A stretch of 64,000 nucleotides of DNA from Octopus sinensis (GCF_006345805.1 NC_043007.1:35526001-35590000), one strand, 5' to 3'. Shown: positions 37,085-49,802, counted from the first letter of the stretch. The notes: a model not told the origin generated them from the sequence alone. A program made the numbers and translations.

Positions 37085-37725
37085 CCAGACATCAAATATT
37101 TATTAGATATCAAACACCTTAGAAGCGCCATCTGCAATAATGGTGACGCAAAAGTTGACGAACAAGCCCGTACTGGACAAACTTCAGGTGTATTCAGGTG
37201 ATTTTCCCCAGTGTGGTCCAATGATATTCTATCATCAAAGATGTGAAAATTCGTCTCTACATGTCGATTATAGTACCTACTGCTATCCATGCATGTGAAG
37301 CATGGAAAAGCACAGCTAGCATCATCAGCAAATTGGACATCTTACATAGATGATACAATCATGTTATACTTGGAATATCATCGTGGGATTAAATGCCCAA
37401 TGAGGAGGTCATACGGTGGTCAAGGCTAGACAACCTATCAGACATCGTCGAGAAGCGAAGATTGCGATTCACCGGATCTATAATATGACTAGCGGAACAC
37501 AGGCTGTCACACACTGCATTGACATGGACACCAGCTGGGAGAAAACGAGGGTGAAAGAAGACCGCCCAAAAACTGGCGAAATATTCTCTGCGAGGACTCA
37601 CGGGAATTGCAGTCGGTCTGGACTAATGCAAAAACGGCTGCAGCAGATTGCACTCAGTGGAGACAACTTGTTGCCAAATGTTCCGTTAGGAACAGGAGGA
37701 ACTAAAACTAAGACTCAGGTATCAG
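37085..37725 (+). mobile_element. Decayed RTE RT C-terminal region and 3' end
   Basis: SAICNNGD...; KIRLYMSIIVPTAIHACEAWKST; LSDIVEKRRLRFTG; WTPAG. Confidence 0.85.
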
Positions 37726-37738
37726 GCTGACTCAGTAA

Positions 37739-38705
37739 ATGAAAAGGCACGCTGTAATCATTTCCTTAAAAGTGCAGCATGGTAATGCAGAGATAGCTCT
37801 CTTCCTAAAAGTTGCCCGATCCTTCGTTGTCAAAGTTCGAAAAGAGCTAGAAGCCGTTGACGGCGATCCAGCATCAGCTGCGAAGTGCAAACACATGCAC
37901 AAGGCCCTAATACGGTGAAAACACATAACTTTGGGCAAAAAGTTCGGGAAATAATTGTTAAAAACACTGGAAAAATAAATCGGAGCCATTGCAAAGGAAT
38001 TCAATGTTTCAGAATGCACCTTCAAAAGAGATGTGCAAGAAGTCATCCGGTACACATCGTATGTATTGCAGACGAGTCAGTTTATGTTAGACGTGACAAA
38101 AAAAAGTATCGTTCGATTCATGCAAAGCACTTGCTAAACAAGGAGAGAGGCTTTCTCCGTCCGGGTTGCGGTTCCGTGGAATAAGCTGCCGGACGAGATA
38201 GTAAAGATGCCGACGACCGCTCGGTTCAGAATCTCTCTTGACCAGAAATGGCCTGAACTCTTTGCATGAACACCCTCCCTGTACATTACTCCATGTCCCC
38301 TTACATGGCCTTGCTTTTTGCTTTTTGAGCCAAAATACTAACTTAACTTAACTTAACACCGAAAGGCTGGAATGATTTGGATTTTTTCCAATGAGAAAAT
38401 CTTCGACCCGGATCAAAAGATAAACAGAGAGAATGACAGATAGTTATGCAGGGACCTGAATGAGGTCCCAACGGTTATGCATACAAAGTTCCCAACACCT
38501 GTAATGGTTCTGGAAGTCGTCAGCAACGAAGGAGATGTCATGTCTCCTCAGTTTTTTCTCACGGGGCTTAAGAGTTAATGCCGCTGTCTACATAGAGGTG
38601 TCGGAGAAAGTTGTGAGGCCCTGGATAGACAGAGTGTACTACAGAAGATTTTACATCTCCCAAGAAGACTGTGCCATTTCATAAGGCTAGGACAACTCAA
38701 ACGTA
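37739..38705 (+). mobile_element. Decayed DD37D (maT-type) Tc1/mariner transposase
   Basis: MKRHAVIISLKVQHGNAEIALFLKVARSFVVKVRKELE...; WIFSNEKIFDPDQKINRENDR; VPTVMHTKFPTPVMVLEVVSNEGDVMSP; LRVNAAVYIEV. Confidence 0.88.
38141..38355 (+). mobile_element. CR1-type LINE 3' fragment inserted into the DD37D transposase
   Basis: VRVAVPWNKLPDEIVKMPTTARFRISLD (cf. CR1 RVVNPWNxLP...FKxxLD) with a (CTTAA)n tail. Confidence 0.8.
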
Positions 38706-39058
38706 AGCTATGCGTCTTTTTCTAAATTCATACAAATGACCTCAAAAAACTGATGCACTCTGTAGATATACAAATATACTAATGTATCAGTAGTAGAATA
38801 TACAAATAATATATTTTAATATTTATCATATCAATGTTGCGAACCTACTCTGAGCTTCACTATTGGCTTTCTTACACATGTTAATTTTTTTTATGTGTTT
38901 GTTGTTTGTTTCTGTGTGTATACTCAGGAAAATTCTCTTTGGGATTTGTTAAAAATTCCTTCCCCATCACAAAAAAAAACATATTTCAAGCACAAGCATG
39001 ACTAGGCGTAAGTGTGGCTAGGCGCAAGTGTGACTGTATAGTAAGAAGTGGCACCTTA

Positions 39059-39290
39059 CAAGGCGGCAAGCTGGCAGAAACGTTAGCACGACGGGCGAAA
39101 TGCTTAGCGGTATTTTGTCTGCCACTACGTTGTGAGTTCAAATTCTGCCGAGGTCAACTTTGCCTTTCATCCTTTTGGGGTCGATTAAATAAGTACCAGT
39201 TACGCACTGGGGTCGATGTAATCGGCTTAATCCCTTTGTCTGTCCTTGTTTGTTCCCTCTGTGTTTAGCCTCTTGTGGGCAATAAAGAAA
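39059..39290 (+). mobile_element. SINE family A inside a diverged family C copy (which continues to about 39665)
   Basis: 17-bp TSD taagaagtggcacctta at 39042-39058 and 39291-39307. Confidence 0.9.
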
Positions 39291-39518
39291 TAAGAAGTGG
39301 CACCTTAGGCAAGTGTCTTCTACTATAGCCTCAGGCCAACCATAGCCTTATGACTGTATTTAGTAGATAGAAACTGAAAGAAGCCCCTCGTATGTGTGTG
39401 TGTGCGTCTTTGTGTCTGTGTTTGTCTTCCACCACTGTTTGGCAACCGGTGTTGGTGTGTTTACATCCCTGCAACTTAATGGCTCAACAAAAGAGACCGA
39501 TAACATAAGTACCAAGCT

Positions 39519-39588
<70 letters not shown>

Positions 39589-40029
39589 TAATTCGTTCAA
39601 CTTAAATTCTTCAAGACGGTGCCCCAGCATGACCGCAGTTTAATGACTGAAACAAATAAAAGAAAATCATAATTTACTAAACAACACTTTGAAAAAAATG
39701 ACCTTTCAATGGCCTGGCAACTCCTTTTACATTTTTATTAGTGGATAAACAAAAATAGAAGTCGTTATTGCTTATTTAGTTTTGGGTAATTTTAGATGCA
39801 CTAACAAACCCACACCGTATGCATTTTCACTGGTTAACCTATATAATACAAAACGATGACGTAATATATTACATGGAAGATTGCGAGCAAGAGAAATAAT
39901 ATTCTTAAGATTATAAACCTGGAAAATTACAGGACAAGTTATTACACTTGGAAAAGTTCAGGACAAATTATTACATCTGGTGAAGTACAGAACAAGAAAA
40001 TTTTTACTAAAAATATTGCAGTTTTCACA

Positions 40030-41400
40030 ACAACCTCAAAATCAGGAACTTTTCAGCATCCCTTTGTATTGTACCCACTTCTTTACAGTCACATTCACCT
40101 TGCTCTTTTCGTTAAATCGTTATCCCCAAAAGACTGTCCATCATTGAATTGAACAAGTGAAAGTCGTTGAAGGGTGCCAGATCCAAGTTGTACAGTGGAT
40201 GAGGGCCACTGACCTGTCCGTTTTGCTTATAGCATAAATTGTTTCCTAGAATGTGTGATGTCACGAATTGTCACGGTGAATATGAAACGGCACAGAAAAT
40301 CATGGAGGATGACGCCTTTGTCACAAAAAATCACAGTTGCTTTCTATATCGATTGCTGGTTCTTGAATGTTTTTAAGAGTTGGAGAATGACACCATTCCG
40401 TGGGCTGTGCTTTCGTTTCTGGATCATGGAGATACACCTACATTTCGCCCCTTGTCGCTCAACCAAAAAACAAAAACGTGTCTTCATTGGATTCAAACGC
40501 TTCCAGCAGATAATAGCAGACTCTTCTTCAAACCAGGTGTCAACTGCAGAAGTACTCACTCAACACACACACCCACACTCAAAGTCTTCCACTATCTTCT
40601 GTAATTCTTTGTGACCACAGTTCAGTTGTGTAGCAGGTTTATGGAGTGTGATGCTGGTTGTCTGTTGGTGCGAATCAATTTGTCCACTCGCTGGGGCGAT
40701 TCATGTCAGTGATCGCAGTTTGTGGATTCTCACTGCGTGGTTTGCCTTCAAAACTAGTTTACATATGTTTAAACTTCTCCATCTATTTTTGCACTGGAGT
40801 GGCTGTGTGGTAAGTAGCTTGCTTACCAGCCACATTGTTCCGGGTTCATTCCCACTGCGAGGCACCTTGGGCAAGTGTCTTCTACTATAGCCTCGGGCCG
40901 ACCAAAGATTTGTGAGTGGATTTGGTAGACGGAAACTGAAAGAAGCCTGTCGTATATATGTATATATACATATATGTATTCGTGGTGTATATATGTTTGT
41001 GTGTCTGTGCTTGTCCCCTAGCATCGCTTGACAACCGATGCTGGTGTGTTTACGTCCCCGTAAGATAGCAGTTCAGCAAAAGGAACCGATAGAATAAGTA
41101 CTAGGCTTCCAAAACAAAGAATAAGACCTGGGGTCGATTTTTCTCGACTAAAGGCGATGCCCCAGCATGGCCGCAGTCAAATGACTGAAAGAAGTAAAAG
41201 AAAGAAAAGAAAAAGAAAGAAAATCTCCCGGCCAGTGGCGTCATATCCATAAACAAACTGTAGCCCTCTGTAGATGTCGAACAGCTTGCGCCCCTCTTTC
41301 GTCAAGAACTGATTGGAACACATCATTTCCGTGATATGAAGAAGAGCAAGAAGACTTCCTGTCGAAGAAGAATCCCTCTATTAACATATGTAATGAGAGC
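40030..41400 (-). mobile_element. Decayed mariner transposase, split by a family C SINE
   Basis: Reverse strand, collinear: QFLTKEGRKLFDIYRGLQFVYG (HTH, about 41330), KTFKNQQSI*KATVIFCDKGVILHDF, then DLAP..DFHLFNSM (YSPDLAP-like, about 40180). Confidence 0.8.
40795..41210 (+). mobile_element. SINE family C
   Basis: Family C consensus. Confidence 0.9.
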
Positions 41401-41750
41401 GATGTGTGTCAGTTAGTAAAAAAATATGTTCTTTTTTTTTTTTTGGCATTATTTCGGTATAACTATCTCTCTCTCTCCCTCTCTCTCCCTCCCTCTCTCT
41501 CTCTCCCTCTCCTCTCTCCCCCTCCCTCTCTCTCTCTCTCTCTCTCTTTGTAGATCGTATAGGATCGTCTGGAATGCAACAAAAAATAAACAGCTGTTAT
41601 AATCAGGAAATGTGGCTTAATCGTTTCCAAAGACTTACACTTTATAAGCACAGCAGTTGTTCTAGTGTAATGTGTGTGTGTATGTGTGCGTGTGTGTGTC
41701 TGTGTGTGAGTGAAGGCAGATGCGCTTATATATATGTGTGTGTGTATATT

Positions 41751-41796
<46 letters not shown>

Positions 41797-42562
41797 GACA
41801 CACACATATATATATACACCTATATATACACACACACACATATACATACACATATATATACATACACATATATATAATATACATGCATACATACATGCAT
41901 GTATACATATATATATGCATACACGCACACACGGTGCACATTGCATAAAAGCCTTTATTCATTACATCATACATATGATGCAATGTAATCATTATATCAT
42001 GTGTTATTATTTTTTTTCATAACTTAATACCAGTTATGTACTGGGAACTATATACATGAATACACCTCCCTCAAAACGCATGGCCTTTGGGGCTAGATTG
42101 GCAGAATAGTTAGAGCTCCAGAGAAAAAACAACGCATTGTAATATCTCTTCCACCGCTTTACATTCTAGGTTCAAATCCTACCGCTGCCAACTTTGCCTT
42201 TCATCTTTTTGGGAGTAAATGAAGATAAGTATCAATCAGATAAAGGAGTCGTTTGTATCGACTTGCCTAAAAATTGCTGACCTTTGCCTAAATAAAAAAC
42301 CATTTATGGACGAGAGCGGTGAGTGACTGATGATATTCTTGGCACCTGGAATGTCGTTTGGCTCTCACCGCCCTCCACCGGTTAGACAACGTGCTCGGTG
42401 GAAATTCTACATTAGCAATATATAAAAATCAAGTGATGGATAAATGCAATGATGTTCTCGAGGAGGCTATAAGCGCCGACGAGGACGAAGTGGCTGGTCT
42501 GTTTCAGATGACTTTCAAGACGGGAACTATTATAGGTAACCTCCAGAAATTCCTGACCTAGT

Positions 42563-42950
42563 GGATGGAAGCACTCCGTCGGTTACGACGACGAGGGTTC
42601 CGGTTGATCCGAATCAACGGAACAGCCTGCTCGTGAAATTAACGTGTAAGTGGCTGAGCACTCCACAGACACGTGTACCCTTAACGTAGTTCTCGGGGAT
42701 ATTCAGCGTGACACAGAGAGTGACAAGGCCGGCCCCTTGAAATACAGGTACAACAGAAACAGGAAGTAAGAGTGAGAGAAAGTTGTGGTGAAAGAGTACA
42801 GCAGGGATCACCACCATCCCCTGCCGGAGCCTCGTGGAGCCTTAGGTGTTTTCGCTCAATAAACACTCACAACGCCCGGTCTGGGAATCGAAACCGCGAT
42901 CCTATGACCGCGAGTCCGCTGCCCTAACCACTGGGCCATTGCGCCTCCAC
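42563..42950 (-). mobile_element. SINE family B2, full length
   Basis: 11-bp TSD cctgacctagt at 42552-42562 and 42951-42961. Confidence 0.92.
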
Positions 42951-43109
42951 CCTGACCTAGTAATGATAACAAGGGGCATTATCAGTTCGATATAAACTCT
43001 ATAGACACACAAATCGACGAAATCGTACGACACACACTAGTCTGAAGTTCTAAGATAGCACGTAAATTGAGTCAGTTTTATTGTGCAGTACTGAAACTTA
43101 ACTCTCACG

Positions 43110-43905
43110 AAAAAGCTTTGAAAAACAAATTGGCGGCTGCTACCCAAGAATGTTAAGAATATATTTCTTTACTGCCCACAAGGGGCTAAACACAGAGGGG
43201 ACAAACAAGGATAGACAAACGGATTAAGTCGATTACATCGACCCCAGTGCGATTTATCGACCATGAAAGGATGAAAGGCAAAGTCGACCTCGGCGGAATT
43301 TGAACTCAGAACATAACGACAGACGAAATACCTATTTCTTTACTACCCACAAGGGGCTAAACACAGAGAGGACAGACAAACGCACTAAGTCGATTACATC
43401 GACCCCAGCGCGTAACTGGTACTTTATTTATCGACCCCGAAAGGATGAAAGGCAAATTTGACCTCGGCGGAATTTGAACTCAGAACGTAACGGCAGACAA
43501 AATACGGCTACGCATTTCGCCAGGCGTGCTAACGATTCTTCCAGCTCGCTGCCTTGAATGTTAAGAATAGCTCTGAATGTTACGTGGAGAAGTCATTTAA
43601 CCAACGAGCGGTTTTAGCGAGATCTATCCAAAGTGATTGGGAAGATTCAGCAGAGAAGAATGAGAATTGCTGGTCATTGCATCTGGCATCCAGAAGAACG
43701 TGTGTGTCAACTGGTCTGATGGCAGTCGGTCGAAGGAAGAATCAACAGGGAAAGAAAACGTCTAACCTATGTGGACGACTTGCTTCAGGACAGTGGAATG
43801 GCAAATGTTGACGAATTAAGAACATGCATGGGGGACCGTGATGGATGGTATGCTTGCATGAAGACACTGAGGCGTCCGGGATGACGGCCAGACTAAACTA
43901 ACCAA
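43110..43905 (+). mobile_element. Decayed RTE 3' coding end, interrupted by a SINE dimer
   Basis: GCYPRMLRI|ALNVTWRSHLTNE...IQQRRMRIAGHC...TYVDDLLQDSG...ELRTCMGDRDGW. Confidence 0.85.
43162..43555 (-). mobile_element. Family A SINE dimer within one TSD
   Basis: 14-bp TSD gaatgttaagaata at 43148-43161 and 43556-43569. Confidence 0.9.
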
Positions 43906-44063
43906 GTATGGCTGACTTGTGGAGATATGTTGAACAGCTGTTATCGCTTACGGGACGAATCCGGTATTTGGCCGAGTCCATTCTGAGGATTGCACTCACC
44001 GTGATTTTTTTTCAGGCCCTGTGCCTTTAGTTGAGAGGATCATCATCATCATCATCATCATCA

Positions 44064-44113
<50 letters not shown>

Positions 44114-44820
44114 GGCGTTAGGAAGGGCATCCAGCCGTAGAAACACTGCCAGATCTGACTGGGCCTGACGAAGCCTTCCAGCTTCACAGACCCCAGTTGA
44201 CCCATCCAACCCATGCTAGCATGGAAAGCGGACGCTAAACGATGATGATGATGATGATTATTATTATTATTATTATTGAGTGAGAGAGCAGTGCATGCCA
44301 TCAAAGTGACACTGGGGTAAAATATATGAAGCCCAGTATACCCATCATGACTACCCGTCTGATAAGGGTACACTAGGCACCAGCATCACAACCATGTGTG
44401 CGCGACATGGTGATCTCATCAAAATAAACAGCACATTACCTTGAAGGTGGAGGCCAGTTAGAATTTTCTTCAGGTTGAGTAGCCCTCCCACTCAAAAGGT
44501 CCCTGAATAAGGGTTGTTTAAGGACGTTGATTGAAACATCCATGTTTCCAGAGGTGAATTATTCAAACCCCAAAGAATCCCTCTCAACACAGGGCTATGA
44601 TGCTACCCCACTACTTCTGCTCGTGATCAGAGATGCACATATCGTCAGCCACTAAGGGACATACTCAACTGGTTACGGTCAAACAACTGATAAGCAAATC
44701 TGGTTTTGAACAGAATGTTTACTGTAGCCAATCTTTTCGACCAAGACAATGTACATGATAACACTTCCAATCAGTTAAGATTAGAAGCCATGAGAGCCAC
44801 TACCTTGTACTGCATCTGGA

Positions 44821-44855
<35 letters not shown>

Positions 44856-45573
44856 TATTATTATTGGCGTTAGGAAGGGCATCCAGCCGTAGAAACACTG
44901 CCAGATCTGACTGGGCCTGACGAAGCCTTCCAGCTTCACAGACCCCAGTTGACCCATCCAACCCATGCTAGCATGGAAAGCGGACGCTAAACGATGATGA
45001 TGATGATGATTATTATTATTATTATTATTGAGTGAGAGAGCAGTGCATGCCATCAAAGTGACACTGGGGTAAAATATATGAAGCCCAGTATACCCATCAT
45101 GACTACCCGTCTGATAAGGGTACACTAGGCACCAGCATCACAACCATGTGTGCGCGACATGGTGATCTCATCAAAATAAACAGCACATTACCTTGAAGGT
45201 GGAGGCCAGTTAGAATTTTCTTCAGGTTGAGTAGCCCTCCCACTCAAAAGGTCCCTGAATAAGGGTTGTTTAAGGACGTTGATTGAAACATCCATGTTTC
45301 CAGAGGTGAATTATTCAAACCCCAAAGAATCCCTCTCAACACAGGGCTATGATGCTACCCCACTACTTCTGCTCGTGATCAGAGATGCACATATCGTCAG
45401 CCACTAAGGGACATACTCAACTGGTTACGGTCAAACAACTGATAAGCAAATCTGGTTTTGAACAGAATGTTTACTGTAGCCAATCTTTTCGACCAAGACA
45501 ATGTACATGATAACACTTCCAATCAGTTAAGATTAGAAGCCATGAGAGCCACTACCTTGTACTGCATCTGGAC

Positions 45574-45604
<31 letters not shown>

Positions 45605-45617
45605 TATTATTATTATC
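44114..45617. repeat. Tandem duplication with a 752-bp period (RTE tail piece plus an unclassified unit of about 545 bp), bounded by (TAT)n
   Basis: 44114-44865 is repeated at 44866-45617 with no difference seen by eye. Confidence 0.95.
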
Positions 45618-45627
45618 ATTATTATTA

Positions 45628-45787
45628 TGGAGTGGCTGTGGGGTAAGTAGCTTGTTTACCAGCCACATGGTTCCAGGTTCAGTCCCACTGCGTGGCACTT
45701 TGGGCAAGTGTCTTCTACTATAGCCTCGGGCTGACCAAAGCCTTGTGAGTGGATTTGGTAGACGGAAACTAAAAGAAGCCCATCGTA

Positions 45788-45823
<36 letters not shown>

Positions 45824-46035
45824 TGTATGTATGTATGTGTGTGAGTGTATATGTTTGTGTGCTTGTGTTTGTCCCCCCAACATCGCTTGACAACCGATGC
45901 TGGTGTGTTTACGTCCCCGTAACTTAGCGGTTCGGCAAAAGAGACCGATAGAATAAGTCCCGGGGTCGATTTGTTCGACTAAAGGCGGTGCTCCAGCATG
46001 GCCACAGTCAAATGACTGAAACAAGCAAAAGAGAG
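45628..46035 (+). mobile_element. SINE family C
   Basis: Family C consensus with internal (GTAT)n. Confidence 0.9.
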
Positions 46036-46039
46036 TAAA

Positions 46040-47760
46040 AAGAGAGTATTCGTAATGTTGCAGATTGAAGACATTGTGTCTACTGGGGATTTGCACTGTT
46101 GTCAAGTTACACCAAGGACCTCAGACAGACAGTGCATTGCGCAATATGCGTGCCGTTCCAAGTAAAGTTGAGTTTTGCAATAGATGTGTCTTCTGGTCAG
46201 GTGGTATTGAACTTAGTGTTCCGATAATAACAGTAACAATATTTATGTTTGACTCTCGCAATTGCCACATCTTGGTGAGCTCAATTCTCAGGTTTCCATA
46301 TTTACCAACCTTTTCTTTTTCTTACCTGATAATATGTTGATCTCCTGGCACTGCCACGTCGATTATTAGGCACTTTTGTTTGTCCCTTCTAAAGGTTACT
46401 ACTCCTTGTCTGTCTGGAAGACAAAGTTCCAGAAGATTTTGCCTTCCCATTTTCGTCCATTAACTTTTCCGGTGTATGTTGGTACCAAACACTTGTTACC
46501 TCCTATCCGTACTTCAAGCATAATAGCCAGTGAAGGTTTGGGGCTACCTTGTCGTGTCTGCGCTTGTGCTCTTTCTGTGCAAGTCTTCCACAAGCACCAA
46601 TAATGTGAGTTACGTTTTTGACCTTCTTCCCACACATTTTTATTTCTTTACTACCCACAAAGGGCTACACACAGAGGCGACAAACAAGGACAGACAAAGG
46701 GTTTAAGTCGATTACATTGACCCCAGTGTGCAACTGGTACTTATTTAATCGACCCCGAAAGGATGAAAGGCAAAGTCTACCTCGGCAGAATTTGAACTCA
46801 GAACGTAGCGGCAGACGAAATACCGCTAAGCATTTCGCCTGGCGTGCTAACGTTTCTGCCAGCTCACCGCCTATACATATTTCTTTACTACCCACAAGGG
46901 GGCTAAACACAGAGAGGACAAACAAGGACAGATAAACGGATTGAATCGATTATATCGACCCCAGTGCGTAACTGGTACTTATTTAATCGACCCCGAAAGG
47001 ATGAAAGGCAAAGTCGACCTCAGCAGAATTTGAACACAGAACGTAGCGGCAGATGAAATACCGCTAAGCATTTCGTCTGGCATGCTAACGATTCTGCCAG
47101 CTCGCAGCCTTGGATGAAAGGCAAAGTCGACCTTGGCGGAATTTGAACTCAGAACGTAGCGGCAGACGAAATACCAATTTCTTTACCACCCACAAGGGGC
47201 TAAACACAGAGGAGACAAACAAGGACAGACAGATGGATTAAGTTGATTATATCGACCCCAGTGCATAACTAGTACTTAATTTATCGACCCCGAAAGGATG
47301 AAAGGCAAAGTCGAGCTCGGTGGAATTTGAACTCAGAACGTAGCGATAGACGAAATACCAATTTCTTTACCACCCACAAGGGGCTAAACACAGAGGAGAC
47401 AAACAAGGACAGACAGATGGATTAAGTTGATTATATCGACCCCAGTGCATAACTAGTACTTATTTAATCGACCCCGAAAGGATGAAAGGCAAAGTCAAAC
47501 TCGGCGGAATTTGAACTCAGAACGTAACGGCGGACGAAATATGGCAACGCATTTCGCCCGGCGTGCTAACGAATCTGCCAGCTCACCGCCTTTCTGCCCA
47601 CACATTCTACAAAGGTCTGTTGCACTTGTATAGTGTATATCCATCCCTTTTCACTGAGTTGGTATTCAACGCCTGGTCCTGGGCAATAACGATTAAGCTT
47701 TCAGTCTTCTTTTTAAGGTCATCCTTGCTGAGCCACCTCCATGATACTCCCTGGTCTTTT
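46040..47760 (-). mobile_element. R4/Dong-like non-LTR 3' part (CCHC knuckle plus restriction-like endonuclease), split by a SINE array
   Basis: WRWLSKDDLKKKTESLIVIAQDQALNTN; CRMCGKKVKNVTHIIGAC..LAQKEHKRRHDKVA; ILWNFVFQTD; KYGNLRIELTKMW; LLGTARILRN. Confidence 0.9.
46639..47591 (-). mobile_element. Array of 5 family A SINE units (3 with heads, 1 headless, 1 partial)
   Basis: Flanked by a single TSD ttct(t/g)cccacacatt at 46624-46638 and 47592-47606. Confidence 0.9.
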
Positions 47761-49310
47761 ATTATTATCATCATTATTATTATTATCATCATTATTATTA
47801 TTATCATCATTATTATTATCATTATTATTATCATCATTATTATTATCATTATTATTATCATCATTATTATTATCATTATAATTATAATTATTATTATCAC
47901 CACCACAACCACAACCACAACCAGCAGCAGCACTACCACCATTACTCCATACAACCTTCACAACTACTACCACTACCATCACCATCACCACCACCACCAG
48001 CACAACTACTACCACTACCATCACCATCACCACCACCACCAGCACAACTATAGCCATCACCATCACCATCACTACCATCACCACCACAACTACCACCATC
48101 CACCACCACCACCATTACAACCACCATCACCACCACCGTTGCCCATACAACCACCACAACTACTATCACCACCACCACCACCACCACCATCACAACTATA
48201 GCCATCACCACCACCACCACCACTACCATCACCACCACCACCACCATCCACCACCACCACCACCACCATCACTAGAACCTGTACCACCATTTAGATGTTA
48301 TCTGCTGTAGGTGGCGGATGTTGTGACAACCTAGTTTGAAGAGGTGGTTGGGTTTTTTTTGGTTTTATTTGTTTTGTTTTGTTTTTATTTTATATTTAAT
48401 CAGTTAAATCACCCCCCCCCCCTCATAACAGTGATATTGTTGTGGAATTAGTAGTAGTAGTGGTGGTGGTGGTGGTGGTGGTGATGATGGTGGTAGTGGT
48501 GGTGGTAGTGAAAGTGATAATATTAATTGTTGTTGTGGTGATAGCAGTGGTAGTGGCAGCAGTGGTGGTAGTGGTAGTGGTGGTGGTGGTGGTGGTGGTG
48601 GAGATATTGCTAATAGTCACAGTGGTTGCTGTTGTTGTTGTGTTGGTGGTGGTAATATTAGTAGAGGTGATGGTGGTGTTAGCTGTTGCTATGGTGTTTT
48701 GGTGGTGGTAGTGTTGTAGGTGGTGGTAGTGCTTGTAGTGGTGGTAGTAGTGCTTGTAGTGGTGGTAGTGGTAGTGGTGGTCGTGGTGGTCGTGGTGATG
48801 GTGGTGTTAGTGGAAGTGGTTGTGGCACTAGTAACAGGGGTGGTGTTACTTAGTTGTGGTAACGATGCAACGGATGTCACGGTGTCAATAATGTTATGAC
48901 GTTAGTAGAGACGACGATGGTAGTATTGGTGGTAGTAGAGGTGATGGCAGTGGTCAGTGGTGTTGGTTGGTGGTGGTGCTGGTTGACGGTGGTGGTGGTG
49001 GTTGTTGTTGTTGTTGTTGTTTTTGGTGGTGGTGATGGCAGCGGTCAGTAGTGCTGGTTAGCGGTGGTGGTGGTGGTTTTTGTTGTTGTTGGTGGTGGTG
49101 ATGGTAGTGGTCAGTGGTGCTGGTTGGTTGTAGTGGCGATGGTAGTGGTCAGTGGTGCTGGCTGGTGATGGTGGGAGGTGCTAGTGGTGTTGGTGATGAT
49201 GGCAGTGGTCAGTGGTGCTGGTTGGCTGTGGTGGGAAGTACTAGTGGTGGTGGTGGTGGTGGTAGTTTTTGCTATTAATGGTGGTGGCAGTGGTGTTAGT
49301 AATAAAACTG
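47760..49310. repeat. About 1.5 kb of degenerate trinucleotide repeats: (ATT/ATC)n, (CAC/CAT)n, then (GTG/GTA/GTT)n
   Basis: Seen directly. Confidence 0.95.
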
Positions 49311-49633
49311 CAATAGTATAGTTGGTATTGATGCTGCTTATTCAGCTAAATGAAGAATAATTCTGTTGCTGCTAGTGGTGTTGCTTAAGATGGCAAATTG
49401 GCAGAATTATGAAAACATTGGATAGAAAGGCTTCACTATATTTGTTTTCATTCTGTACACTCTGAGTTCAAATCCCACTGAGGTGAACTTTGCGTTTTAT
49501 CATTTCAAGGTCAATAAAAAAAAGTACCAATTCTCAACAGTGTATTAGCGAAATGGTCAGAGTGTTGAGTAAGCTGTTTTGCTGTATCTGTATATATTCT
49601 AGTTCTTTGGTTTCTGACAACAAAACCTATGGA

Positions 49634-49802
49634 CAATAGCATAGCTAGGGTGTGGTGGGGTATTGAAGTGGTTTGCCCCAAGTGACACTTTTATGGGAGA
49701 AGCACTTTTGAGTCTGTTGTATAAGCCTCTATTGGGGACAGGGGGTAAGAGTGTGGGAAGTGCAGCAAACTCACAGCAGCAAACACTCTAGCCACACCAC
49801 TG
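49634..49802. mobile_element. Decayed hAT-like MITE
   Basis: Termini caatagcatagctag / ctagccacaccactg resemble a CAGTGGCGTAGCTAG-type TIR; the flanking 8-mers match at 5 of 8 positions. Confidence 0.45.

Noticed and set aside
47563-48880. Poly-Ile/His/Pro/Thr/Val ORFs that look like mucin or low-complexity proteins
   Set aside because: They are trinucleotide microsatellites with no splice or codon evidence.
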